Translations under genes and position numbers: made by a program
Notes under the pieces: generated by a model
Databases searched by the model: none
Seen by the model: only the letters and a program-made list of their open reading frames with translations
What the model was told of the DNA's origin: nothing
Part shown: one piece after another, positions 1 through 9,200 of the stretch
Position numbering within the stretch: position 1 is the first letter of the stretch
Layout of the letters: every line of letters starts with the position of its first letter
IMG/VR virus record: IMGVR_UViG_3300027815_000008
Length of the DNA: 20,000 bases
Origin: an uncultured virus (IMG/VR IMGVR_UViG_3300027815_000008)
Lineage: Duplodnaviria; Heunggongvirae; Uroviricota; Caudoviricetes
Strand: one strand, 5' to 3'

Positions 1-737
1 GGCGTGTGACTAAAGATAGAGCCCACCTCCGTAGATGCCGGGGCACCCGCAGCTCCTGCAGCCCCCGTATAGGCGTTGAAGCGAGTGTTATTGTAGGCAA
101 TAGCCCCCTGCCCCTCCAGGCTACTGAAGGTCGTGTAGTCAAACAAACAATTACGTACCCAATCAAGGTTGATTAGGCCCTCCTGCCCAACCCCAGCTGT
201 ATTCCTATCACTCGCCCTACAAATGATGGGGTACCTGAACGTGCACGCGTCCATGTATAGCCGCAATATTGCGTTAACAGCCACTTGGGGTATGAAGTCC
301 CCGATAGCATGAAAGACCCGCCCCCCGGACGGACCCTTCGAGGCCGTAACATTCTTCAGGATAAGGGAGGCTATTTGCGGGCTGGAGATGAATGGGGGCG
401 TCTGCGCATCAAACTGAAATAGGGTGGCGTAGTCCTCGAACCGAACACCGATAAATGTCGTGGTGATACCGGCGCGCAAACTAAACGCGGTGGTGACACC
501 GCTACCCGCCGTCAAGTTGAACCGCACCACACCCTCAGCTTGGATCACCGCCCCATTCTTGTCCGGCGTGAAGTTGTTGAGCTGGTCCCTGTAAATCCCC
601 GGCAGCAGGTGCAACACCGCGCCACCCGAAGGGCTGTAGGTAGAGTAACCCACGGCGAACGAGGCTTTGGCAGCAACGGCCGAGAGCCCAGTATTCGTAT
701 TGTTCCCGAAGACGGGATCCACCCATATATCTGGCAT
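1..737 (-). CDS. Right-handed beta-helix (DUF1565/pectin-lyase-like) protein, possible tailspike; 3' end runs off the window
   Basis: Absent from the ORF track; translated by hand. ATG at 737 follows TAGGAG, which overlaps the upstream stop, and the frame is open to position 1. Sequence MPDIWVDPVFGNNTNTGLS...VLHLLPGIYRD...RNCLFD...RFNAYTGAAGAAG parallels 1744..2970 (TDFYVDVNTGSDASAG...IIIRKGLYQE...KNCIIHD...TFTAYPGATAAAG). Confidence 0.8.
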   Translation of the reverse strand, partial: MPDIWVDPVFGNNTNTGLSAVAAKASFAVGYSTYSPSGGAVLHLLPGIYRDQLNNFTPDKNGAVIQAEGVVRFNLTAGSGVTTAFSLRAGITTTFIGVRFEDYATLFQFDAQTPPFISSPQIASLILKNVTASKGPSGGRVFHAIGDFIPQVAVNAILRLYMDACTFRYPIICRASDRNTAGVGQEGLINLDWVRNCLFDYTTFSSLEGQGAIAYNNTRFNAYTGAAGAAGAPASTEVGSIFSHT

Positions 738-747
738 GACTGATCTC

Positions 748-1740
748 CTAGGCGGTTACCGTCAGGTCTTCGCCGATCTCGACAGCGGAAACATCAAACA
801 GACTCTTGAGCGTGTCATTCTTTCCCACAAGTAACACGGCCTTACGCCAGACCCCTGTGGGCTGTGCTGCAGAGAACAAGAGCGTGCCCACAAAGACTTC
901 TGGCCCACCCACGTGCCGAACAGGGATAAGCCCCCCAGACGCGTGCATGTAGACCGTGTAGGTCACGTGCCAGTTAGCCGGATTCGAGAAGTAAGCGTCC
1001 GCGACCACCCTGGGTTTGTTCTTGATATTCTTGGCTGTGAGCACTGAGGTCAAGGGTACATCAGCGTAGGCCGCCTTGGAAAGTGCGGAGGTCGTGATGT
1101 TCCCCACGGCGTCTACCAAGAACGAGCCCAGGTTGCCCGGATGACCCTGGTACTCGGCCTCCATACGTCGCAAGATGGGGCGTATAGCAACGCTACCACC
1201 TTGGAGCTCTACCTTAAACAGCCGGGGGCGAGGCTTGATATTGGAGAATACGACCTCACCTTTGAACTCCAGGTTGAGACGCATGATCTGTGGGGGACTG
1301 CCCCCCGCAACTATACTGCTCCCGCCGAACTCCACCTCCAGTCCCCGCAAGCCCGGAATACTGAGCCCCCCAGCAACAACGTCGCCGGAGAACTCCACTT
1401 CCAAGGAGAGGAGCTTAGGAGGAGCCCCCTCACCACCTAGCGTAGGAGCCCCTTTATACTCCATGACCAGCCGAAGGGGGGATGCCGACCCAGTAACGCT
1501 GGCTACAGGGTTCCCTTGGAACTCCAGCTCCAACCCCTGGATCTTGAACAGCCCAGTGGGGAACGGGGCAGGGTTCCCGTGAATCTCTATGGCCAACTCC
1601 CGCGGGGTCGGCCCCGCAGAGATCATGGCAATAGGCAACCCCTGAATCTCGATCTCGAGGCGATACGGGTTTGGGTCTGCCCCCAGAAAGGGCAGGCCTT
1701 GCAGCTCGACCTCAAAGCCGCGGGGGTTTGGCAGGGCCAT
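748..1740 (-). CDS. Hypothetical protein with ten ~20-aa tandem repeats and a distinct C-terminal domain
   Basis: 330-aa ORF starting 3 nt after the upstream stop. Repeat core hydrophobic-x-hydrophobic-E-hydrophobic-x-G is visible ten times. Confidence 0.8.
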   Translation of the reverse strand: MALPNPRGFEVELQGLPFLGADPNPYRLEIEIQGLPIAMISAGPTPRELAIEIHGNPAPFPTGLFKIQGLELEFQGNPVASVTGSASPLRLVMEYKGAPTLGGEGAPPKLLSLEVEFSGDVVAGGLSIPGLRGLEVEFGGSSIVAGGSPPQIMRLNLEFKGEVVFSNIKPRPRLFKVELQGGSVAIRPILRRMEAEYQGHPGNLGSFLVDAVGNITTSALSKAAYADVPLTSVLTAKNIKNKPRVVADAYFSNPANWHVTYTVYMHASGGLIPVRHVGGPEVFVGTLLFSAAQPTGVWRKAVLLVGKNDTLKSLFDVSAVEIGEDLTVTA

Positions 1741-1743
1741 GCG

Positions 1744-2970
1744 TTACACACCCACGGTCGTCATGAGCATTCTGGCTTGGAAGTACAGGGCCGTGATGTT
1801 GAGGGAGGTGCTCTTTGCCGCGAGGTTCCAGGTGGGCGAAGCATCCCCAAACAAAAACGATACGGTAGATGTGCGATACCCAATCTCTCGCGCAGCCGTC
1901 CCCAAGGAGTTGTCGATAACCAGCTTGGAGCCGGACGCAGGAGTCGTGTCCTCATCAGCCACCCAACCGAGGGCCTTGATGGTCACGGTCGTGGGGAATA
2001 GATAGACCTTGGAACGAATACGTGCACTGGACGCTGTGGGTGCAGTACCCGTATCTATTTGCCAAGCACCCCCCTGGAAGAGGCCCGGGCCTGGGGTGGC
2101 CCCGGCGGCGATAGCATCGGTCCCCGCGCCCCCTGTACCGCCATTCAAAGCCGGATCCCACCAGAGTGCATCGTTCTCCCAACCGGGCGGGGCAAAGGTG
2201 TTGAACAGGCCCGTACCAACCCGCAGAGCCGGCTGGAACGTGGCGCCAATGTTGGACCCCTTCTCCCCCACGCCACGAAGCGCACTGGCTGCGGTAAGGG
2301 CGAAGTTCCCCCCAGCAGCATTCACAAAGCCGGGGCTAGTTGTGGAGGAATCGAGGTTGCCCGCGGCTGCAGTGGCGCCAGGGTAGGCAGTGAAGGTGAC
2401 CGCAGCGGCCCCATTGAGCGTCAGCCCCAGGGCATCGTTGTCATGAATGATGCAGTTCTTGATCTTGCCCGAAGCCCCGAAGCTCGAGAAGTTCTCGAAC
2501 GCCGCCCCATGCCCAACGATCGTGCAGTCATGTAGCTTGACCACAAACTGAGAATTTGCCGTAGAGGCCCGGATAGCTACCGTACCGGTCTTCGACGCTG
2601 CCCGGAAGAAACAGTTGTCAAAGATGCAGTCCGTCGAGGGGTCCTCGAAGGGTCGGCTGGTGTAGTTGGTGAACTTGATGCCCTGCAGGAAGATCATCCC
2701 GGCAGTGAAAGGTGAGGGGAGATTGAACAATTTGAGCTGAGTACCCTGCCCGTCGATGTTCACGTCCTCATCGAAGGCCAGGAGGGGTGACCCTATGTTC
2801 ACGCTCTCCAGAAGGGGCTCCTGATACAAGCCCTTGCGAATGATGATGCGATCCCCCGAGAAGCCGCTGGCTATCTCATTGGCCTTCTTGATGGTCTTGA
2901 ACGGCGCCGCCAGCGACCCAGCACTGGCGTCACTGCCAGTATTCACATCCACGTAGAAATCAGTTGCCAC
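1744..2970 (-). CDS. Right-handed beta-helix (DUF1565/pectin-lyase-like) protein, possible tailspike/depolymerase
   Basis: GTG start with a GGGAGG RBS. N-terminal YVDxxxGSDxxxGSLAAPFKTIKKA and GDRIIIRKGLYQE motifs, Asn/Cys ladder (FDNCFF, LHDCTI, IKNCII), closing motif PGFVNAAGGNFALTAAS...NIGA. No signal peptide. Confidence 0.75.
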   Translation of the reverse strand: MATDFYVDVNTGSDASAGSLAAPFKTIKKANEIASGFSGDRIIIRKGLYQEPLLESVNIGSPLLAFDEDVNIDGQGTQLKLFNLPSPFTAGMIFLQGIKFTNYTSRPFEDPSTDCIFDNCFFRAASKTGTVAIRASTANSQFVVKLHDCTIVGHGAAFENFSSFGASGKIKNCIIHDNDALGLTLNGAAAVTFTAYPGATAAAGNLDSSTTSPGFVNAAGGNFALTAASALRGVGEKGSNIGATFQPALRVGTGLFNTFAPPGWENDALWWDPALNGGTGGAGTDAIAAGATPGPGLFQGGAWQIDTGTAPTASSARIRSKVYLFPTTVTIKALGWVADEDTTPASGSKLVIDNSLGTAAREIGYRTSTVSFLFGDASPTWNLAAKSTSLNITALYFQARMLMTTVGV

Positions 2971-2985
2971 GATAATCCTCCCAGG

Positions 2986-5900
2986 CTAGTTGAAGTCCAA
3001 GCGTAGTTCCCCGATGCGCGCCTTATCAAGCTGCCCGGCGTAAAGTGTGAGTCGAAGCGTGACGTAGCCCCCCGCGGTGAAGGCCCCGGCCCCCACAGTG
3101 ATGGCGGATTCCGTCCAGGTCGTATTCTGTAACGCTCCCCCGTTGGTGAGCGTCACTTCCGCGTTGTTGGTTCCCCACATACGGGCCTCTACCTTCGCCA
3201 TACCCCCCAACCCCTGGATCACCTGGTTGAAAAGCCGTAGCGCGTTCCACGACACGAAGTTCGCCGGCAACCGAAACCTCACGACAACCGATACGTCGTT
3301 GGTGCCGGTTGCGTCGGTTGTCCACTCATAGAAGTTGTGGAAGTTCGTCGGGTCAAAGCCAGTTGTCAGGCCCAGGGCACCCGCCTCGTTGAGTGTCCCA
3401 TCAAAGAAGACAACAGCCCCCATGTACTCCGGCACCAGCGTGTCTATGAAGTTGGATGGGGCAGCCGCAACCGCTTCCCCGACATCCTTCCATACCGTAC
3501 CGTCATTGGTGAACTGGACCTTATTGGTCGTGTCCTCGAACCTCAACCCAGGCTTGTTGACGTCAGCATTGTTGAAGAGCACGCTCTTGTTGCCTGCCCC
3601 ACCGTTACCCAGGGAGAAGGTATTCGCATTGGTCCCCGTATCGGTGTTCGGACTATGCAGTCTGGCATCTTGCGTGGTGACGTAGGGGTTGCCCGAACCC
3701 GGCGTCCCCGCAGTGCCGGTCATTGCATCGTTCTCGTTCTGTGCGGGTAGCCGAGTGTCTTGATGGGTTACAAATCTGTTGGTGTTGGAGGGGGCCGGCT
3801 GCCCAGAGATGATCTGGGCGGCATCCCGGTTCGCCTGGGTTAGCATACGCAGGTCTGTGTCCGTCACAAACCGGTTGAAGGTGGAGGGGGCTGCCTGGCC
3901 TGTGATGGTCTGCAGGGCATCGTTCTCGGACTGGGTAGGGACACGGCCATCAGTATCTGCCACCGCAGCGGGAAGCGCCGGGTTGGCGGGGTCATTGGTG
4001 AGTACAACTACCCCCAGAACACCCGCCCCGGCCTTGGGTATCGAGGCGGAGGTTACGGTAAGGCGAGCCTCTCCTGAAACTATGTCAATAGAAGCGAGAT
4101 CCCCCAGGACCTTCAACCGAGAAGTCAGGCCTTTATCCACCGATTCGTCAAAGATCGATATGTTCTGAGCATCAGCTGCACGGCCAGAGAGGCCTGTGAG
4201 CACGATCTCGTCGGCGCCCCCATCCTCATGGGACGCCTTGTGGCTGGCTGCCGGGCGGGCGTCGCTCAGCCGGGTATCAGCATTGGTGACGTACTTGTTC
4301 GTGCCAGAAGGGATACCCGATGTCCCCGCCAACGCCAACTTCTGGGCTGCTGTAGGTAACGACGGGATTGCGTCTGCGCCCGTCGTCTCATGATCCGCCC
4401 CGTGACCAAAATCCGAGATCGTGGCCTTGAGCTGCGTGCCGGAATGGTTAGCCCGCGCCCGGTCCGCCACATGGTAATGCGCAGAGGAGTCCCCGCCATC
4501 GATCAGGTCGGTTGCCTGTGCCCCCGTGAGATTATTCACCTGCGCGCCCGACTCAATCGTGTCGAGCTTCAGTTTCTGCGCAGAAGCGAAGAGCCCCATC
4601 TGAGCGTCCGTGGTAGCGAGCATCCGGGGGTCGTTGTCCCCCACAGCCTTTGGGTTGGTCGCAGTAGCCGCGGCTACAGAAAGCTTGGTGACACCCTTGA
4701 TAGTATCGGAGGCGTCCACGGGCGCTGCTGCGCTGACCGTAACCGTAAGTCGGTTGGCGGAGACCGCGGCAGAGACCATGGCCCCTGCAAAGTCGATCTC
4801 CGTCACTGGACCCAGAGAACCCCCCTCGTCGAAGGCCTTCAACGTACCGGACGCCCTGATCCAGTAACCCGTCGTGGGGTTATCGTCTGGACGCTCGTCC
4901 CCGGCAGTAGCTTGAGCGTCGTATCGATAGAACGCGCCAGCGTCCTCAATCAACCGGACCTGCTTGTCCTGCCGGTTGGCTGCCACGATCGCCCGGAGGT
5001 CTATAAGGGCCTGTACCGGGGCGGCGTAGAAGCCCCCCACAGAGGCCACCTGGGCCTTCACTGTGGCCAGGGTGGCCAACTGGGTGTCCAAGGTAGGGTC
5101 GACCCCAACGATGGCCGCTGTGAAGGCCCTGGAGCCGTCTGCCTTGATCCAGGCGGTGTCGGTCACGCTGACCGCTATAGGCCCAGGTCCGGAAGCCGGT
5201 GCGGAAGAGAGTTTGGCAATGCCTTTGACCGTCACAGCGGCATCAGGGGTAAAACCCAGTTCAACGTAGGCAACACCGTCGTGGGAAAATTCCCACTTCC
5301 CGGTCACCTGGTTCCAGCGCTGTCTTGGTGGGTTGGTTTGCCCGGTAGCAGCCTCCAACACCTTGTCGGACACGGCAGAGCCGTCTCCGATCGAGAAGAT
5401 GTTCGAGCTGGTCCCAAGGTCGGCATTCCGGGCGTGCATCCGCGAGTCGTTGGTGCCCACTGCAATAGGTTGGGTCGCGTTGGCGGGAGCCGTCGTGAGT
5501 AACACAACCCCTTTGAAGCTGGTTGAGGCGTCCGTGATGCCCACACCCTGGCTGATATTGATATTCACGCCGCCGGTACCGTCATCAGTGACGTTGACCC
5601 CAGACCCTGCCCAGCTAAACGTCGTAGCACCCGCCAAGACCAATGCAGCGCCCAACTTGGCGTTAACCCCACCCGCGGGCGTCTGGAAAGCCGACCCGGT
5701 CCAGGTGCGGTAAGCGGACAGGTCAGATCGGTAGATCGTCAACCCGGCGTCAGCGGACACCAGACCTGTTGTTGACGGATCAGCTGTGGCCGCGGGTATC
5801 CGCACGCCTTTGGTGCCCAGGCCCAGGTCCACACGCCCATCAGAGCGCACCTTGAAGAGCGCAGTACCGGCCAGGTTGGATACCAGGAGGTCGGAGGCAC

Positions 5901-6531
5901 CGGCGCTATCTGGGAGGCGAATGCGTAAGTTCCGACTGGCGGCGGGCTGGATCTGGATATCCCCTACGGAGTCGGTCAGAACCTGACCAACCAGGTCCCC
6001 TACGAAGTCCGCATACCGCCAAGCTGCCCCGGTATAGAAACGCGGTCTGGCGGTGCCGCTCTCCACGTAAATATCGCCGACTTGAAGCCCTTGAGTAGGG
6101 TCTGTGGTAGCTACGGGGAGGCGGGCGGCGAACCCAGCAGCAGGCACGAGACGTACCTTGCCGGCCGAGCCTACCGTGATGTCCCCCACGGTGTTGGCTA
6201 CCGACGGTGAAGTACCCGTAAGAGTCAGGTTACCGGATTGGGTAACCACACCGGCCGTAGAGACTTGAAACTGATTACCGGACCCAGGATTGATTGCGAA
6301 CGCGCCGGTAATAGTAAGAGCGCCCAGACCGGTAAGCACTGGAGCGCTGATGCTTGCCGCCGTCAGCACGCCGGCTGTAGTGACCGAGAAGACTTCACCG
6401 GTGCCCGGATCCAACGAGATGCGGCCCGTAGCTTTGAACGTCGTCACCCAGCTGGGTTTGGTACCGGAATTCAGCTCCGCCTCGGTCAGGAAGGCGCCTT
6501 CAGCACCGGCTACGTGCGTCTTGGTTCCCAT
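2986..6531 (-). CDS. Long tail-fibre-like protein (1181 aa)
   Basis: GGGAG RBS; Ala/Gly/Thr-rich. Four copies of a DASxxxKGVxxLSxAPA-type fibre repeat, a RANHSGTQxxxTISDF motif, and four PSxxNx(Y/F)VTxxDxR(L/M)-like repeats. Confidence 0.75.
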   Translation of the reverse strand: MGTKTHVAGAEGAFLTEAELNSGTKPSWVTTFKATGRISLDPGTGEVFSVTTAGVLTAASISAPVLTGLGALTITGAFAINPGSGNQFQVSTAGVVTQSGNLTLTGTSPSVANTVGDITVGSAGKVRLVPAAGFAARLPVATTDPTQGLQVGDIYVESGTARPRFYTGAAWRYADFVGDLVGQVLTDSVGDIQIQPAASRNLRIRLPDSAGASDLLVSNLAGTALFKVRSDGRVDLGLGTKGVRIPAATADPSTTGLVSADAGLTIYRSDLSAYRTWTGSAFQTPAGGVNAKLGAALVLAGATTFSWAGSGVNVTDDGTGGVNINISQGVGITDASTSFKGVVLLTTAPANATQPIAVGTNDSRMHARNADLGTSSNIFSIGDGSAVSDKVLEAATGQTNPPRQRWNQVTGKWEFSHDGVAYVELGFTPDAAVTVKGIAKLSSAPASGPGPIAVSVTDTAWIKADGSRAFTAAIVGVDPTLDTQLATLATVKAQVASVGGFYAAPVQALIDLRAIVAANRQDKQVRLIEDAGAFYRYDAQATAGDERPDDNPTTGYWIRASGTLKAFDEGGSLGPVTEIDFAGAMVSAAVSANRLTVTVSAAAPVDASDTIKGVTKLSVAAATATNPKAVGDNDPRMLATTDAQMGLFASAQKLKLDTIESGAQVNNLTGAQATDLIDGGDSSAHYHVADRARANHSGTQLKATISDFGHGADHETTGADAIPSLPTAAQKLALAGTSGIPSGTNKYVTNADTRLSDARPAASHKASHEDGGADEIVLTGLSGRAADAQNISIFDESVDKGLTSRLKVLGDLASIDIVSGEARLTVTSASIPKAGAGVLGVVVLTNDPANPALPAAVADTDGRVPTQSENDALQTITGQAAPSTFNRFVTDTDLRMLTQANRDAAQIISGQPAPSNTNRFVTHQDTRLPAQNENDAMTGTAGTPGSGNPYVTTQDARLHSPNTDTGTNANTFSLGNGGAGNKSVLFNNADVNKPGLRFEDTTNKVQFTNDGTVWKDVGEAVAAAPSNFIDTLVPEYMGAVVFFDGTLNEAGALGLTTGFDPTNFHNFYEWTTDATGTNDVSVVVRFRLPANFVSWNALRLFNQVIQGLGGMAKVEARMWGTNNAEVTLTNGGALQNTTWTESAITVGAGAFTAGGYVTLRLTLYAGQLDKARIGELRLDFN

Positions 6532-6540
6532 GGTCTCCCT

Positions 6541-8967
6541 CTACAAGCCAAACAAAGCCCACATGAACTGGGTCGTGGCATCCGTGCCGGTGTTCTTGAC
6601 CTCGAACGTGTTCAAGAGCTTGTTCTGTGTCCCGTATGCCCCAACGGCTGCCAGCCCGCTGCCGACCAGCGGCGTAATGGCCACATGATACGCTGTGAAG
6701 TTCATATTATGAGTAATGGTTCTTGTGCCGGCACTCCCCGCAAAGGTTGCCGTGCCCGTAGCGAGTAACTTACCGCGCGCCACAACCGCGTACGTCTTGA
6801 TTGCATCCGTGAACGCCGCACCCCCCTCAATAGGAGTAGCGGAGTAGACCTGAACCTGAAAGCTGGAGATCACCTTCGAGATAACCAGGTGCTTGAGCGT
6901 GCCGTCGGTGTACTCCCAATAATCACCGGATACGACACGCTCGGCGTTGAAACTAGCCGACGGTGCCGAGATCGTCTTCGTACCGTCAACGTACGCAAGC
7001 GCAGCATCGGTACGACTAGCAACCCGGGTAAGGCTGACAGGTACGGTCGATGTATCGAAGATAGACCAGCGGAACTGTGCCGTCGCGCTCGAACCCGTGT
7101 GCTTTACCTCAAACGTGTTAGGCGTGATACTGCGTACCCCAACCACGCCCACAGCAGCGACCGTTCCAGAGCCCATCAGGTCGATAAGGATAAAGTAACT
7201 CGCGAGGTTCTTGTTATGCGCTATCGACTTGACCAGCGTGCCGAGCACGAAGTTATCGATACCAGAGGCCACGAGGGGCGACCGGACTACGGGCGGGATC
7301 GCGTATATCATGTAGTTACCGGTTACCAGGTTCAGGTTGCCCGTATTCTTTATCTGGAACTGGTCCGCCAAGTGCTGCACAGGCACTTCCCCGAAGTTAC
7401 CGACCGTAGCGAGCGATGCGTTGAAGTTCGGCGTGACCGTGACTGCATAGGACTGAAGCGAGAGGCTGTGCGTGACGGTGACGCCCACCACACCCTGGAA
7501 CGTGAACGCACCAAACTGCACTGTCAGGAACTGCGCTGTATTGGCGCCAAGTTGCGTCGGAACGTTACCGCCGCCTCCACCACCGGTCCCTGTAGCAATC
7601 AAGTGGAAGAACCGGGCGATCGTGTTCAAGTTGTCGATCGGGAACTCTTGTAGGTTAAACCTACGGGGGATCAGAACATCGATATCCCGCCCGTCCGTAT
7701 CGAAATCAAGAAAGTTCCCGTCGATATTCCTGATCTTGAACTCAAGCAAGAAAGGCTGATTCGGGTTGTCCGTGACCAGAGACAGGAGAACAACGGGCTC
7801 CCCCGGTGTATGGGAACTCGAAAGAGTCGTAGTACACCGCAAGGTACCGCGGTTCCCGTTCGACGGCTCAATATTGCTTGTAAACAAGGTATCGACCGTA
7901 CGCAGCTCTTCGTTCAGGCCGCCAGGATTGATAACAATAGCTGTACCGGGCGGCATCAAACTCTCGAAGATGCTTGTCGACTTTACGACAACCTCACCAC
8001 CGAAACTACCCACACTCCAATTCCCAGAACCGGTAGCCACGTTTGAGTGGATCAACGCCTCACCAGCAAGGGGCGCATAGATCTTTGTGCCCGTAAGTAG
8101 ATTCGTCACAATGCCTGGAGGGTTGATTTGAATGGCCGTACCGCCGGCAAATATCACGATACCTATGAAGACCGCGTTGTTGACAACCACGAAGAACTTA
8201 CCGAGATTAGCCAGAACCCCGACACGGTCCACGATGAATGTACGGTCTAGGGCTATGTAGTCCTTGGCTAGCGTGACGACATTGTTTGTCGGCGGCTGTC
8301 GACGCGATATAAGAGAGAGCGGCACCGCCAGAGCATGGACAGCGTACCCGTTGACCGTGACTGGGAACCAACTCAGGCTGTCCCGTACGAATGCCGACTC
8401 GTTGGGGATAATCCCTCTATCCGTAGGGGCAAACGCCACGGTTTCGTTACCTATAATAGCCCGCAGATCAACGGAGTTTGTGAACCCGGTCTTGATGCCG
8501 CCGTAGTACGTGTAGCCATGAAGCAACTTCGCAAGCAGAGGGTTAGCCCCTATAAGGTCCTGCGAGGAAAGCACACGGTTCGTTGCGGACAGGCCCCCAG
8601 TAGCTGCCTTGATCGCCGCCTGCTCGGCGACCGTCAAAAGTCCTGGATGTATGTGCTTCTTGAAGGCGTACCGAGCGTCCCCGGCACCTACAGAAAGCAG
8701 GTCAACATTCACGACACCCACGTTGGCGTCCTGGGCATCTTGTGCCGCCTGTACCGGGTCAGGGTTAATGGGCGTCTCGTTCCGTACCAGGGTCGGTAAC
8801 CGGGTCGGATCAAACGTAGCGACCGACGTCCCACCAGATGCGCCCAGAGCCGCAGCTTTAGCCTGCCCCGCCTTGAGCTTGTCTATCTGGTCCTGAAGGC
8901 TATCGATGCTCGAGGCAACGTCCTTACCCGCTACTCTCGATTCACCTGGTGAGATGACCTTGGACAT
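6541..8967 (-). CDS. Virion appendage/fibre-like protein with three C-terminal beta-sandwich-like repeats
   Basis: 808-aa ORF with a GAGG RBS. N-terminal coiled coil. Three repeats: VTHSLSLQSYAV..FQIKNTG, IAHNKNLASYFI..FEVKHTG, ITHNMNFTAYHV..FEVKNTG. Confidence 0.7.
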   Translation of the reverse strand: MSKVISPGESRVAGKDVASSIDSLQDQIDKLKAGQAKAAALGASGGTSVATFDPTRLPTLVRNETPINPDPVQAAQDAQDANVGVVNVDLLSVGAGDARYAFKKHIHPGLLTVAEQAAIKAATGGLSATNRVLSSQDLIGANPLLAKLLHGYTYYGGIKTGFTNSVDLRAIIGNETVAFAPTDRGIIPNESAFVRDSLSWFPVTVNGYAVHALAVPLSLISRRQPPTNNVVTLAKDYIALDRTFIVDRVGVLANLGKFFVVVNNAVFIGIVIFAGGTAIQINPPGIVTNLLTGTKIYAPLAGEALIHSNVATGSGNWSVGSFGGEVVVKSTSIFESLMPPGTAIVINPGGLNEELRTVDTLFTSNIEPSNGNRGTLRCTTTLSSSHTPGEPVVLLSLVTDNPNQPFLLEFKIRNIDGNFLDFDTDGRDIDVLIPRRFNLQEFPIDNLNTIARFFHLIATGTGGGGGGNVPTQLGANTAQFLTVQFGAFTFQGVVGVTVTHSLSLQSYAVTVTPNFNASLATVGNFGEVPVQHLADQFQIKNTGNLNLVTGNYMIYAIPPVVRSPLVASGIDNFVLGTLVKSIAHNKNLASYFILIDLMGSGTVAAVGVVGVRSITPNTFEVKHTGSSATAQFRWSIFDTSTVPVSLTRVASRTDAALAYVDGTKTISAPSASFNAERVVSGDYWEYTDGTLKHLVISKVISSFQVQVYSATPIEGGAAFTDAIKTYAVVARGKLLATGTATFAGSAGTRTITHNMNFTAYHVAITPLVGSGLAAVGAYGTQNKLLNTFEVKNTGTDATTQFMWALFGL

Positions 8968-9020
8968 CCACGCCTCAAACAGTAGTTTGAACTACTATAT
9001 GAATCCCCTAGGAGGAGCAA

Positions 9021-9200
9021 TCAGGTCTTGGGTGTAACCCGTACGAGGCTGGGCTGCATATCGGCCTGCTCAGCCAGCTCTCCAGGGATCTCGAAGGTCC
9101 CGTCGGAGGCTCGGATGAACTCCTGCCGCCCGATCTGGATCTTGTAGATCATAAGGTCCTTGCCCCGGTACGTAACCGGCTCAAGAGGGTTGTCCGCCAC
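9021..9200 (-). CDS. Small hypothetical protein (59 aa)
   Basis: Below the ORF-track cutoff; translated by hand. GGAGGT RBS 5 nt before GTG. Product MADNPLEPVTYRGKDLMIYKIQIGRQEFIRASDGTFEIPGELAEQADMQPSLVRVTPKT. Overlaps the upstream gene end by 20 nt and fills the apparent gap. Confidence 0.75.
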   Translation of the reverse strand: MADNPLEPVTYRGKDLMIYKIQIGRQEFIRASDGTFEIPGELAEQADMQPSLVRVTPKT

